Shown here: positions 38,857-48,470 of the stretch, in pieces
How positions within the stretch are numbered: the stretch's first letter is position 1
How the letters are laid out: every line of letters starts with the position of its first letter
Assembly (NCBI GenBank): GCA_039028615.1
Contig: JBCCHT010000037.1
Coordinates: 62,152 to 126,151, forward strand
Source of the DNA: Myxococcota bacterium
Lineage (GTDB): Bacteria; Myxococcota_A; Polyangia; Nannocystales; Nannocystaceae
DNA length: 64,000 bases
Direction of reading: 5' to 3'
The notes under the pieces: generated by a model
What the model saw: only the letters and a program-made list of their open reading frames with translations
What the model was told of the DNA's origin: nothing
The model's database searches: none
Program-made: the position numbers and the translations under genes

Positions 38857-39660
38857 TCAATCCGCGTCGGCGGAAGGGGAGGGCGTGCTCTCGGGCGACG
38901 GTGGAGCGCCCGGAGCCTCGGTCGTCGGGGCGGGATCGGGAGGCGAGGCGTCCGCCGGGGCGGGTGCCTCGGGCGTCGGTGCCGGGTCGCCGGCCGCATC
39001 GCTTCCGCCGGCCGGAGGCCGCATCACGACCCCCGCGAACAGCTGCGTGACCCGGCGGGCGATCATCTCGGGATCTGGACGAACCCGCCCCGCGAGGTGC
39101 TTGGAAAACCACAGGTTGGCCAGGCCGTGCACCACCGACCATGCGGTGAGCATCACGTCCTGGGTCTCGTCGGCTCGAATCGATCCCTCGGCCCGCCCGC
39201 GCTCGATGGCCCGCTGCAACGGGATGAAGCCCTGCTGGCAGGCGGTGACGTAGTCGGGGTCGCGCGGCAGCAGGCGATCGGTACGGAACATGACCTGGAA
39301 GCGCAGCGGCTCGTCCACCGCGAACATCACGTAGGCCAGGCCGGTCCCGGCGAGGGCGGAGCGTCCGTCGGTCGCCTCGCGCTCGGCGATGTCCATGCGT
39401 CGGCCGAGCTCGCGAAAACCATCGGCGGCATAGGCGGTGAGCATCGCGGCCCGGCCCCCGAACAAGACGCCCGGCGCGGCGTGGGAGAGCCCGGCCTGCG
39501 CCGCGACCTTGCGCAACGACATGCCTTCGAGACCCTCGCGCTCGAGGATCACGCCGACGGCATCGAGCAGCGCTCGTCGGGAGGACTCGGTTCCCGCGCG
39601 TCCGACTGCAGTCTGTTTGCCGGTGTTCGGCGACGGCTTCGTCACGGGAGAGAGGATCAT
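38857..39660 (-). CDS. TetR-family regulator (WHG-type C-terminal domain) with Pro-rich tail
   Basis: EGLEGMSLRKVAAQAGLSHAAP..F, AYV.FA...P..F.VMF, AWSVVHGLA. Confidence 0.9.
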   Translation of the reverse strand: MILSPVTKPSPNTGKQTAVGRAGTESSRRALLDAVGVILEREGLEGMSLRKVAAQAGLSHAAPGVLFGGRAAMLTAYAADGFRELGRRMDIAEREATDGRSALAGTGLAYVMFAVDEPLRFQVMFRTDRLLPRDPDYVTACQQGFIPLQRAIERGRAEGSIRADETQDVMLTAWSVVHGLANLWFSKHLAGRVRPDPEMIARRVTQLFAGVVMRPPAGGSDAAGDPAPTPEAPAPADASPPDPAPTTEAPGAPPSPESTPSPSADAD

Positions 39661-39664
39661 CGAG

Positions 39665-39698
39665 TTGACACCGTCAAGACAAATGGTGACAGTGTCAA
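39665..39698. promoter_or_regulatory. Tandem palindromic operators TTGACACCGTCAA and GTGACAGTGTCAA
   Basis: 39665-39677 and 39686-39698, 21-bp offset, immediately upstream of the tetR ATG. Confidence 0.7.
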
Positions 39699-39975
39699 CC
39701 TTCGTGGGACGTTCGAGCGCTGACGCACCGCGGGTAGCCGAGCACCCCCTACGGCCTTCTGAGAGGACGAGCCCCGTGAGGCGAGCACGAGGATGCAAGC
39801 GCCCGTACACGGCCTCTGAGGCGGCGCGCCGAGGCTCAGGGGCGGGGGCTCGGACGAGTCGGGACACGGCCGCGCAGTACCGACGAGGCGCGGCGTAGGG
39901 GGCACGAGTCCAGGCCCGGGCTCGTGGCGACGATGGCCGGGGTGACGCGGGCCGGGACCTCAGCGCGGACGAAGG

Positions 39976-42900
39976 CTAGCCACGCGGGCGCTTGGCGGTG
40001 AGCCCCGCTCGATTGCGGCGCTTGGCGGCTTGGCGTCGGGCCTTGCGGGAGGCCCGGCGCATGCGTCGACGATCACGGCGCGAGGTCGAGCCCTTGGCCT
40101 TGCCGTCGACCTTCACCGCCACCGGACCGCGCGGGATGGCCCGGCCGAACAGCGAGATGTAGCGCTGACCGCCTGCCCGCCCGCCGCCGAAGAGGCCGAA
40201 CAGGGCGCGCCAGTGCAGGTCGCCTTCGGTCGCGCCTCGGCCCTTGGTCCACCAGCCGAGGCCGGGGCCGATGACCTTGGTGTCGCGCTCGGGCGTACGC
40301 CAGCGGAAGAACGCGCCCGGGACCATCTGGAAGGTCTGGGACTTCTTGTTGGTGATGTCCCACCAGACGAAGGCGCCGAAGGTGCCCTCTTTCTTCCCGC
40401 GCTCGATGTGCCACACCAGCGGGAACTGCACGAAGTCGAGGTCTTCACCCCGGCGCCGCTGCACGTACAGCGCGGGGCCGATGGCGGTCCAGGCTTCGTC
40501 CTTGGCCCAGTGATTGTCCCGCAGGAAGATGGGCGCCAGCCAGGTCAGGCGACGCTCGGCCCAGGCGTGGCTGTGGAAGAAGATGGGGGGCACCACCGCG
40601 GTGGCGACCCGGTGCGGGCGACGGAACTGCCACACGAGCAGGCCCGCTTCCCAGAAGCTCTGGTCCTTGCGCCGCCGCGAGATGAACATCGGGGGCACGG
40701 CCAGGGTGAGGCTGCGGTCCTCGAGCCGATGCGCCTTGCGGTAGTACACGGGGAACGCGAAGGTGCGCTTCCAGGTGTTGGTGGTGCGCATGCCCACCGG
40801 GCCCGCGTACCAGCCGAGCGTCTTGCCGGGCTCGTTGGTGACGCCGAACAGCGGGGTGTACAGGCGCCAGCCCTCGGGACGGCGGTCCCAGTAGTACACG
40901 AGCGAGCCGTGGGTCTTGCGGCCCAGGCCGTCGCGTCCGTACAGGAACAGCGGCGCCGAGCCCCACAGGGTGTACTGGCAGCGCGGGTCGTCCTCGGCCC
41001 GGTATCCGCACTTCTTGTAGCGGAACAGCAGGGGCACGAAGCCGGTGAAGCGGGCGTTGCGACGAAGGCGGAAGACGTCGATGTAGCCCGGAGGCGCCAC
41101 GGAGAAGCGCGTGAACGCGTGCAGGCGACGACCGCCGAATACGAAGGGGAACGCGCCCCAGGTCCGGCGCCCGTTGGCCAGCTTGCGATCGAACCACAGC
41201 GGGATCGCCAGCGTGGTGTGGGAGTCCTTGGTCTTGTCCTCGATGTGGATGGTCAGCGGCAGCGCGATGAGTCGGCGCTTGTCCTTGGCGTCCATCCACC
41301 AATAAAGCGGCACGACGCCGGCGTTGAGCTTCTCGCGGCTGAGGCGATGGAACGCGGGGCCGGCGATGAGGGTGTGCGTGTGGCGGGTACGGTCGCGGGA
41401 CCAGAAGAACCCGAGGCCAGCATCCACGTCGACGCCGTCCGGCTGACGCTGCCGGAAATAGAAGGGCGCGATGGCCAGGCCTCGCCGGGGCTTGTCACCG
41501 CGGACCTCCGAGCGCCACACCAGCGGCGTCCACATGTCGAGGTCGTCGGTGGGCGTGCGACGGCGGATGTACAGCGGGGCCACGACCGCGTGGCGGGCCT
41601 CGCCGCCAGGCACGGGGCGACGATCGAAGAAGGCCAGCGGCAGGATGCCCTTGGTGTCGAGCTCGCCGCGGCGGCGTCGAACGTAGGGACCCCACACGGT
41701 GGTGACGTCGTCGCCGCGGGTCAGGCGACCACCCAGCGGGGTGAGGGTGAGCCCGCGGTCGCCGATGCGGCGGCGGTAGTACAGCGGGAAGAGCACGCTG
41801 TGGCGCTCGTCGCTGCCGCGCTTGACGTCCCAGGCCAGCCCCGCGATGCCGATCGTGCGGTGATCGGGCGAGCGGCTGCGGACGAACAGGGGGCTGATGG
41901 TCAGCGCCCGCTGCTCGCGAACGTCGGTGACGTGACCGGTGAGCAGCCAGGGCACCACGCCGTAGCGGTAGCGCGCGCCCGAGCCGTAGAAGAGGACGGG
42001 GGCGATGCCGCCGTCGAACTGGCGCTGGCCCTCGGGTCCGGTGACGTGGTGGTACAGCGGACCGGCCACGACGGTGCGGCGCGGGTTGGCGGGGTCGGTG
42101 TCGCGCACGTGCCACAAAAGCGGCGTGACCACCTGGTAGCGCTTGGTGCCGCCCCACTTGAAGAAGCTCAGCGCGGGGACGAGGCCGAAGCGGCCGCCCT
42201 GGGCGTCGCGGCTGACGTAGCCCAGCGGGCCCATCACCCAGTCGTCGCGGCCCCGGGTGCCGTCGTCGGCGTCGGGCTGGCGGATGTGCCAGGCCAGGCC
42301 GCCCACGCCCTGGTAGCGCACGCCTCGGTCCGTCTTGCCCGCGAAGGTGAGCAGCGGCGGGATGGCCATGGTCCAGCCCTTGGCCGTGCGACCGCCCCCG
42401 CCCAGCAGCGTGTACACGCGCAGCGAGTTCGGGCCCCGGCGGCCGAGGGCCAGCGGGAACAACACGGCAGTGGTCTGCTTGGTCTGACGATCGTGGAACT
42501 GCCACCACAGCGGGGCCAGCACGGTGTTGCGCTGGCGCGGGTCTTGGTAGCGGCCGAAGGGGCCGACCAGCCACAGGTCGCTGCCTTTGAGGTGGTTGCG
42601 CGAGCGCCAGAACAGCGGGGTCGCGGACAGCAGGTCGCGGTCGCGATTCTTGGCGCGGAAGGTCAGCGCGACGGGCACGGCCCAGCTCTCGCGCTGGCGC
42701 GCCTGGTCCACGCGGCGAATCCACGGCAGGGTCCACAGCTCGCTGCGGTTGCCGAACTCGCGGCTCTGCCAGTGGAACAGCGGCAGCACCGTCATGTGCC
42801 GCAGGCCTCGCAGCTTGTCGGCGCCGCCGAAGTAGAGCGGGCTGATGTCGTAGCGCCGCAGCCCGCGTTGCAGCCGAAGGAACACGGGGGCGACCACCAG

Positions 42901-44085
42901 GTAGCGGCGATCGTTGGTGAGGTCGGCGTCTTGCAGGTTGCTGTTGCCGTACCAGGCCACGATGCCCGACACGGCGCGGAAGCTCTCGGGCGCGCGCTGC
43001 TGGTAGTGGAACGGGACGACCAGCACGTTCTTGACGAACTTGCTGCCCCACCACCACACCAGCGGGAACTGGCCGAAGTTGAACTGCTCGCCGACGCGGC
43101 GGTAGCCCATCAGCAGCGGGGCCGCGCCCCAGACCGTCTTGCGCTCGCTGTAGTAGCCGTAGAACAGGCCCAGCGGGTTCAGCCAGTTACGGCGCTGCTT
43201 GGTCTTGGAGTACCAGCCGAAGGTCAGCGCGAGGTCGGCGTGGAAGAAGCGCTCGGGGTTGCCGGGCTTGGGCTCGCGATGGATGAACAGCGGCGGCAGG
43301 CCGATGGCGCGGGTCCGATGGGTCTCGTAGTCGCGCTCGATCCAAAACGGCGGCACGCCGCGGCGGCCGAGCAGGGCGGAGTTGATGGGGGCCAGGCTGG
43401 CGCTGCCGTCCGCGCTGGTGGTGGCCACGGGGGCCGCGTCGTCGGTCTCGAGCTCTCCGCCCGCGCTGCCGTCGATGCTCGGGGCGAACACGGCCGTGGC
43501 CGCGCCGTAGCTCGGCCAGCCCATCGCGGGGCCGTAGGCGGTCGGCTGCACGCCCGCGGAGAGGCGAGGACGCGGGGTGCCGAACACGCTGCCCCACTGC
43601 GTCGGTGCGGTTGGATCGGGGGTGGTGCTCGGCTCGTGGGCCACCACCGAAGAGGGCAGGGGCTGACCGATTCCGTAGATGGACGGAGCCGGCGTCGCGG
43701 GCCGGTCGGTGCCGCCGTCGGACTCGGCCTCGTCGAAGTCCACCTGGCCGCGCTCGACGGAGTCGCGCGCGTCGTCGTCGGAGGTGAAGGCGTTCGCCCA
43801 GCGGCCGCTTCGGCCGAGGGTGCCCATCATCACCGTGTCGGGCGCAGCTTTTTCGGTCGGCGTGGAACGCAGTGCCTTGGGCGTGCGCTCGGCGATTTGC
43901 CGCGGCAGCCAGGCTCCGGTCGGCGCGGCGGCGGCCAACGACGGGGAGGCGAGCCACGCGAAGCCGAGGACCGCGAGCACGGCGGCAAGCCGAGCCGCGA
44001 CGCTTTGGGCTCGCGGTTGTCGCCCCGGTCCACCGGGAACAGCGACCCGATTCGTCTCAGGGCTCCGCACGTGTCGCAGGGGCAT
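39976..44085 (-). CDS. Very large secreted hypothetical protein with Pro-turn aromatic/basic beta-hairpin repeats
   Basis: Signal peptide, low-complexity linker, then ~1100 aa of hhPL(F/W/Y) repeats at ~16-20 aa spacing. Confidence 0.85.
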   Translation of the reverse strand: MPLRHVRSPETNRVAVPGGPGRQPRAQSVAARLAAVLAVLGFAWLASPSLAAAAPTGAWLPRQIAERTPKALRSTPTEKAAPDTVMMGTLGRSGRWANAFTSDDDARDSVERGQVDFDEAESDGGTDRPATPAPSIYGIGQPLPSSVVAHEPSTTPDPTAPTQWGSVFGTPRPRLSAGVQPTAYGPAMGWPSYGAATAVFAPSIDGSAGGELETDDAAPVATTSADGSASLAPINSALLGRRGVPPFWIERDYETHRTRAIGLPPLFIHREPKPGNPERFFHADLALTFGWYSKTKQRRNWLNPLGLFYGYYSERKTVWGAAPLLMGYRRVGEQFNFGQFPLVWWWGSKFVKNVLVVPFHYQQRAPESFRAVSGIVAWYGNSNLQDADLTNDRRYLVVAPVFLRLQRGLRRYDISPLYFGGADKLRGLRHMTVLPLFHWQSREFGNRSELWTLPWIRRVDQARQRESWAVPVALTFRAKNRDRDLLSATPLFWRSRNHLKGSDLWLVGPFGRYQDPRQRNTVLAPLWWQFHDRQTKQTTAVLFPLALGRRGPNSLRVYTLLGGGGRTAKGWTMAIPPLLTFAGKTDRGVRYQGVGGLAWHIRQPDADDGTRGRDDWVMGPLGYVSRDAQGGRFGLVPALSFFKWGGTKRYQVVTPLLWHVRDTDPANPRRTVVAGPLYHHVTGPEGQRQFDGGIAPVLFYGSGARYRYGVVPWLLTGHVTDVREQRALTISPLFVRSRSPDHRTIGIAGLAWDVKRGSDERHSVLFPLYYRRRIGDRGLTLTPLGGRLTRGDDVTTVWGPYVRRRRGELDTKGILPLAFFDRRPVPGGEARHAVVAPLYIRRRTPTDDLDMWTPLVWRSEVRGDKPRRGLAIAPFYFRQRQPDGVDVDAGLGFFWSRDRTRHTHTLIAGPAFHRLSREKLNAGVVPLYWWMDAKDKRRLIALPLTIHIEDKTKDSHTTLAIPLWFDRKLANGRRTWGAFPFVFGGRRLHAFTRFSVAPPGYIDVFRLRRNARFTGFVPLLFRYKKCGYRAEDDPRCQYTLWGSAPLFLYGRDGLGRKTHGSLVYYWDRRPEGWRLYTPLFGVTNEPGKTLGWYAGPVGMRTTNTWKRTFAFPVYYRKAHRLEDRSLTLAVPPMFISRRRKDQSFWEAGLLVWQFRRPHRVATAVVPPIFFHSHAWAERRLTWLAPIFLRDNHWAKDEAWTAIGPALYVQRRRGEDLDFVQFPLVWHIERGKKEGTFGAFVWWDITNKKSQTFQMVPGAFFRWRTPERDTKVIGPGLGWWTKGRGATEGDLHWRALFGLFGGGRAGGQRYISLFGRAIPRGPVAVKVDGKAKGSTSRRDRRRMRRASRKARRQAAKRRNRAGLTAKRPRG

Positions 44086-44213
44086 ACGAAAGACCGCAGG
44101 CGCGGTCAACACGGGCGGGACCGGCCGCGTGCCCCGGATCTCGGCCGTCGCGGTCTCTCATGGAGGAAGCACCTTTGAATGAAGGAGCAAAGCGGGCTAA
44201 AGGGTCTGGTCTC

Positions 44214-44888
44214 ATGGTGCAGGATCTCCCCGTTCTCGAGGCGCTGCGCGTCGACCTCGCCGCACTTCGCCGCCGCGACCTCGATCTTTACGAGGTCGAG
44301 GCTGCGCTGCCCCTGCCGTGGTTGGCCAGCGCGTTGGGCGACACCGATGCCGAAGTGAGCACGGAGGGCACCGTAAAGCTGCGGCTGATGCTGCAGCCCC
44401 ACAGCGTGATCGTCATTCAGGGATCGCTCGCGGCTCGGTTCTCGGTGCCGTGTGGCCGATGTTTGGCGCCCGCGGCGGTCGTGGCCGACACGGAGATCGT
44501 CGCCACCTTCATGCCCGGCTCCAGCTCGGAGATCGACGACCACGACGAGGACGACGAACAATTCGATCCGGAGGACGAGTCGCCCGACGTGTGGCGGTAC
44601 ACGGGCTCCGTGCTGCAGCTCGACGCCCTGGTGGCTGAACAAGTGGCTCTGGCCTACCCGATGAGCGCGCTGTGCGAGCGGGGCGACGACTGCCGTGGGC
44701 TGTGTAGTAACTGCGGATACGAGCTCAATACGGTCCCTGCGAACGTTTTGCAGTGCCCGAAGTGTCACAGCGACGTCCCCCGCACGCCCGCCTCGGGCCC
44801 CGCGCCCGAGGACGCCGAAAACCCGCGTCAGGAGCGCGAAGCGGACAGCCCATTGGCCGCGGCGCTGCGCAAACTGAACCTGGATTGA
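44214..44888 (+). CDS. yceD: YceD/DUF177 family protein
   Basis: PCGRCL, E...L..P..ALC...CRGLC.NCG; lies before rpmF. Confidence 0.88.
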   Translation: MVQDLPVLEALRVDLAALRRRDLDLYEVEAALPLPWLASALGDTDAEVSTEGTVKLRLMLQPHSVIVIQGSLAARFSVPCGRCLAPAAVVADTEIVATFMPGSSSEIDDHDEDDEQFDPEDESPDVWRYTGSVLQLDALVAEQVALAYPMSALCERGDDCRGLCSNCGYELNTVPANVLQCPKCHSDVPRTPASGPAPEDAENPRQEREADSPLAAALRKLNLD

Positions 44889-44961
44889 CGTGAGCCCCCG
44901 CGCATTGTCGTCCTTGCACCCCGGTAGACCCGCCCCTATTCTCCCGCCCCCCGAGGACCCG

Positions 44962-45147
44962 ATGGCCGTACCCAAGAAGCGCACCTCCAGCTCGCGACGC
45001 GACATGCGTCGATCCCAGCACGACAAGGTCACCGCACCCGGCCTGTCGGCGTGCTCCAACTGCGGTGAGCTGATGGTCAGCCATCGCGTCTGCCCCGGTT
45101 GCGGGTTCTACAAAGGCCGCGAAGTCATCGCGGTCGATCGGGACTAG
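44962..45147 (+). CDS. rpmF: 50S ribosomal protein L32
   Basis: [18 protein letters not shown]...CSNCG....[13 protein letters not shown]. Confidence 0.97.
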   Translation: MAVPKKRTSSSRRDMRRSQHDKVTAPGLSACSNCGELMVSHRVCPGCGFYKGREVIAVDRD

Positions 45148-45180
45148 CCCCGACTCTCGGACCCGGCTTTCGAGGCGGCG

Positions 45181-46275
45181 ATGTCGGGAGCACCCGCGTC
45201 GAGCCCCTCCGCGGACCTTCGCGGAGATGAAGGCAAGGGGCCACGGATCGCTCTGGACGCCTTTGGCGGCGACGAGTGTCCGCGGCCCGAGGTCGAAGGG
45301 GCGGTCATGGCCGCCCGCAAGGGAGCCCGTGTCGTCCTCGTCGGCGACCAGGCCACCCTGGAAAAAGAGCTCGCTCGGCATGCCGACGCGGGCTCGTTGC
45401 CGTTGTCGGTCCATCACGCCTCCGAGGTGATCACGATGGACGACAGCCCGGCCAAGGCCGTGCGCAGTCGTCCCGACGCCTCGATGCCGGTCAGCTTCGA
45501 TCTCGTGCGCAAGGGAGAGGCCGACGCCGCGATGTCGGCCGGCAACTCCGGCGCGATGATGGCGTGCGGCCTGTTCAAGTACCGCCGCATCAAGGGCGTC
45601 GACCGACCCGCGTTGGTCACCAGCCTACCCACGATGAGCGGCTGGGTGAGCCTGCTCGACATCGGGGCCAACGTCGACTGCAAGCCGATCAACCTCGTGC
45701 AATTCGCGGTGATGGGCGCGGTCTACTCCGCGTTCAAGCACGGCAAAGAGCGACCGCGCGTCGGCCTTTTGTCCAACGGCACCGAGGAGGGCAAGGGCAC
45801 CGAGCTCACCCGCACCGTGCACCGCCTGCTCAACGAGGCCCAAGTGCAGGGCTTCGAGTACATCGGCTACATCGAGGGCAACGGGCTGATGTCCGGCGAC
45901 GTCGACGTGGTGGTCACCGATGGCTTCACCGGCAACGTCGCGCTCAAGATCGCCGAGGCCACCGGTCGACTCATCGGCCACTGGCTGCGCGGCGCGGTCA
46001 CGGGCGGGGTGCGGCGCAACATGGGCGCGCTGCTGCTCAAGCCCGCCTTCGGTGAACTCAAGCACAAGCTCGATCCCGACACCTACGGGTCCGCGCCCTT
46101 GTTGGGGGTCAACGGGCTCGCGTTCATTTGTCACGGCGGAGCCTCGAGCTTTGCGTTGGGCACGGCCATCGCCGTCGCGGCGCGCTCGGTCGACGAAGCG
46201 CTCCAACCACAGATTACCGAGGCGTTGGCCAACCACGCCGACCTGATGAGAGCCGCCAAGGAGAGCGAGGGCTAG
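45181..46275 (+). CDS. plsX: Phosphate acyltransferase PlsX
   Basis: IALDAFGGD, SAGNSGA, DRPAL, LDIGAN, DGFTGNVALK, CHG. Confidence 0.96.
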   Translation: MSGAPASSPSADLRGDEGKGPRIALDAFGGDECPRPEVEGAVMAARKGARVVLVGDQATLEKELARHADAGSLPLSVHHASEVITMDDSPAKAVRSRPDASMPVSFDLVRKGEADAAMSAGNSGAMMACGLFKYRRIKGVDRPALVTSLPTMSGWVSLLDIGANVDCKPINLVQFAVMGAVYSAFKHGKERPRVGLLSNGTEEGKGTELTRTVHRLLNEAQVQGFEYIGYIEGNGLMSGDVDVVVTDGFTGNVALKIAEATGRLIGHWLRGAVTGGVRRNMGALLLKPAFGELKHKLDPDTYGSAPLLGVNGLAFICHGGASSFALGTAIAVAARSVDEALQPQITEALANHADLMRAAKESEG

Positions 46276-46330
46276 CGTAGTCGGCCCACGCGCTCCGGTC
46301 TCGTTTCAACCCCGAAGGAGCGTACTTCCG

Positions 46331-47254
46331 ATGACGAACACCGTATTTTTCTTTCCCGGGCAGGGCAGCCAGAGCGCAGGCATGGGCAAGGAGTTCTACG
46401 AGCAAGAGCCGGCCGCCAAGGCGGTGTTCGACGAGGCCGACGAGGCCCTCGGCTTTTCGCTCTCGAAGATGTGCTTCGAAGGCCCCGACAGCGACCTCGC
46501 GCTCACGGCCAACACGCAGCCCGCGATCCTCACCACGTCGATCGCCGCGCTGGCCGTGCTGCGCGAGCGCACTGGCATCACCCCGAGCCTGGCCATGGGC
46601 CACAGCCTCGGCGAGTTCTCGGCGTTGGTCTGCGCGGGCGCCTTGCGCTTCGCCGACGCGGTGAAGCTGGTGCGGATCCGGGGCGAGGCCATGCAGGAAG
46701 CCGTGCCCGCGGGCATGGGCGCCATGGTGGCGGTGATGAAGATGTCGGCCGAAGAGCTCGAGGCCGCGTGTGCCGAAGTCGCCGAAGGCCAAGTCATCTC
46801 GCCGGCCAACGAAAACGGCGGCGGGCAGATCGTCGTCGCAGGCCACGCGGAGGCGGTGAGTCGTCTTACTGCGTTGGTGAAATCACGCAAATCTCGCGCC
46901 ATTCCTCTCAAAGTCAGCGCGCCGTTCCATTGCGCACTCATGCAACCGGCTGCGCAACGACTCGCCGAGGCACTCGCCGACGTCGAGGTCGGCACGATGT
47001 CTACCCCCGTCGTTACCAACGTCGAAGCCGAGCCGAACGACGACGCGACGCGGGTGAAGGACCTGTTGGTCCGGCAGGTCACCGAGCGAGTGAAATGGGA
47101 AGCATCGGTGCGCAAGGCAGTGCACATGGGTGCACAGCGAGGTATCGAGGTGGGCCACGGTAAGGTGATTGCAGGCCTCGTTCGGCGTATCGAACGCGAG
47201 CTTCCGGTCAAGTCGGCGGCTTCCCCCGCTGACATCGCTGTGCTAGAGGCGTAG
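46331..47254 (+). CDS. fabD: Malonyl-CoA:ACP transacylase
   Basis: FPGQGSQ, NTQPAI, GHSLGE, VSAPFH. Confidence 0.97.
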   Translation: MTNTVFFFPGQGSQSAGMGKEFYEQEPAAKAVFDEADEALGFSLSKMCFEGPDSDLALTANTQPAILTTSIAALAVLRERTGITPSLAMGHSLGEFSALVCAGALRFADAVKLVRIRGEAMQEAVPAGMGAMVAVMKMSAEELEAACAEVAEGQVISPANENGGGQIVVAGHAEAVSRLTALVKSRKSRAIPLKVSAPFHCALMQPAAQRLAEALADVEVGTMSTPVVTNVEAEPNDDATRVKDLLVRQVTERVKWEASVRKAVHMGAQRGIEVGHGKVIAGLVRRIERELPVKSAASPADIAVLEA

Positions 47255-47257
47255 CCG

Positions 47258-48043
47258 ATGTCGGACGCAGTTGAGGCGACCTTGCCCGCAGGGGTGAGCT
47301 TGGCCGGGCGCAAGGCTCTGGTCACCGGGGCTTCCCGTGGCATCGGTCGTGCGATCGCGACCGAGCTCGCGGCTCGTGGAGCCGCCGTAGCGGTCAACTA
47401 CAACTCCAGCGAGGCGCCGGCCCAGCAGCTCTGCGAGGAGATTCGCAAGGCCGGCGGCACGGCCCACGCCATCGGCTTCGATGTCGGTGACGCCGAGGCG
47501 GCCAAGGCCGGGATCAAGGAGACCGTCGAGCAGCTCGGTGGCCTCGACATCCTGGTCAACAACGCCGGTATCTCCATCGATGCTCTGCTCATGCGGGCGA
47601 GCGAGGACGACCTCGACAAGATCCTCCGCATCAACCTGCGTGGCGCCTTCGTGTGCTGCAAGGCGGCGGCGCGTCACCTGCTGCGGGCCCGAGCCAACGG
47701 CCGCATCATCAACATCAGCTCCGTCGTCGGCGAGCAGGGCAACGCGGGGCAGTCGATGTACGCCGCCTCGAAGGCCGGCCTCATCGGCCTGACCAAGTCG
47801 CTCGCCCACGAGCTGGCCGGACGCGGCATCACCGTCAACGCGGTGACCCCCGGCTTCATCGAGACCGACATGACCGAGGCCAGCGTCCAAGGCAAGGCCC
47901 GCGAAGGTCTCCTCTCCAAGATCCCCCTCGGTCGCATTGGTCAGGCGAACGAGGTCGCCGATGCCGTCGCGTTCCTCGCGGGGCCCGGCGCGGGCTACAT
48001 CACCGGCCATGTCTTGCGAGTGAACGGGGGACTCGCAATCTAA
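47258..48043 (+). CDS. fabG: 3-oxoacyl-ACP reductase
   Basis: [27 protein letters not shown]. Confidence 0.96.
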   Translation: MSDAVEATLPAGVSLAGRKALVTGASRGIGRAIATELAARGAAVAVNYNSSEAPAQQLCEEIRKAGGTAHAIGFDVGDAEAAKAGIKETVEQLGGLDILVNNAGISIDALLMRASEDDLDKILRINLRGAFVCCKAAARHLLRARANGRIINISSVVGEQGNAGQSMYAASKAGLIGLTKSLAHELAGRGITVNAVTPGFIETDMTEASVQGKAREGLLSKIPLGRIGQANEVADAVAFLAGPGAGYITGHVLRVNGGLAI

Positions 48044-48140
48044 GTACCTTCCGCTCGCACCTTGGTGCGGTCACCTTCACCCCCGACCGCACCTCCCGAG
48101 CTCCGACCGTCCACTCACGAGACGAAGAAAGTTACCCGCC

Positions 48141-48380
48141 ATGTCCGATATCGACGGAAAAGTCAAAGAGATCGTTGCCGACCAGCTCGACGTCAAGCTC
48201 GACGAGGTCGAGGCGTCCAAGTCCTTCACCGACGACCTTCAGGCCGACTCGCTCGCGATCGTCGAGCTCGTGCTCGCGCTCGAGGAGAAGTTCGACGTGA
48301 AGATTCCCGACGACGAGGTCGACAAGATCAAGACCGTCGGCGACGCGATCACCTACATCCAGAACGCGCAGAAGAAGTAA
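48141..48380 (+). CDS. acpP: Acyl carrier protein
   Basis: DLQADSL attachment site, EEKF...IPD, TVGD. Confidence 0.96.
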   Translation: MSDIDGKVKEIVADQLDVKLDEVEASKSFTDDLQADSLAIVELVLALEEKFDVKIPDDEVDKIKTVGDAITYIQNAQKK

Positions 48381-48470
48381 GCAGTACGCTGCGTCGTCGA
48401 AGCGGGCACCACCGCCCGCAACGACATCCGAGACCGGGCGCCGTCGCGCCTGGTCGTGCGGGAGGTTCGC

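Noticed and set aside
40030..44178. 1382-aa plus-strand ORF, and similar long antisense ORFs (8235-11186, 30274-32880, 24571-26850, 52469-54727, 56673-58754)
   Set aside because: Shadow frames of real genes in high-GC DNA; no recognisable motifs, and the opposite strand carries the coherent proteins
48064..48092. GGTGCGGTC/GACCGCACC hairpin before acpP as an ncRNA
   Set aside because: A single short stem, most simply an mRNA stability or processing hairpin
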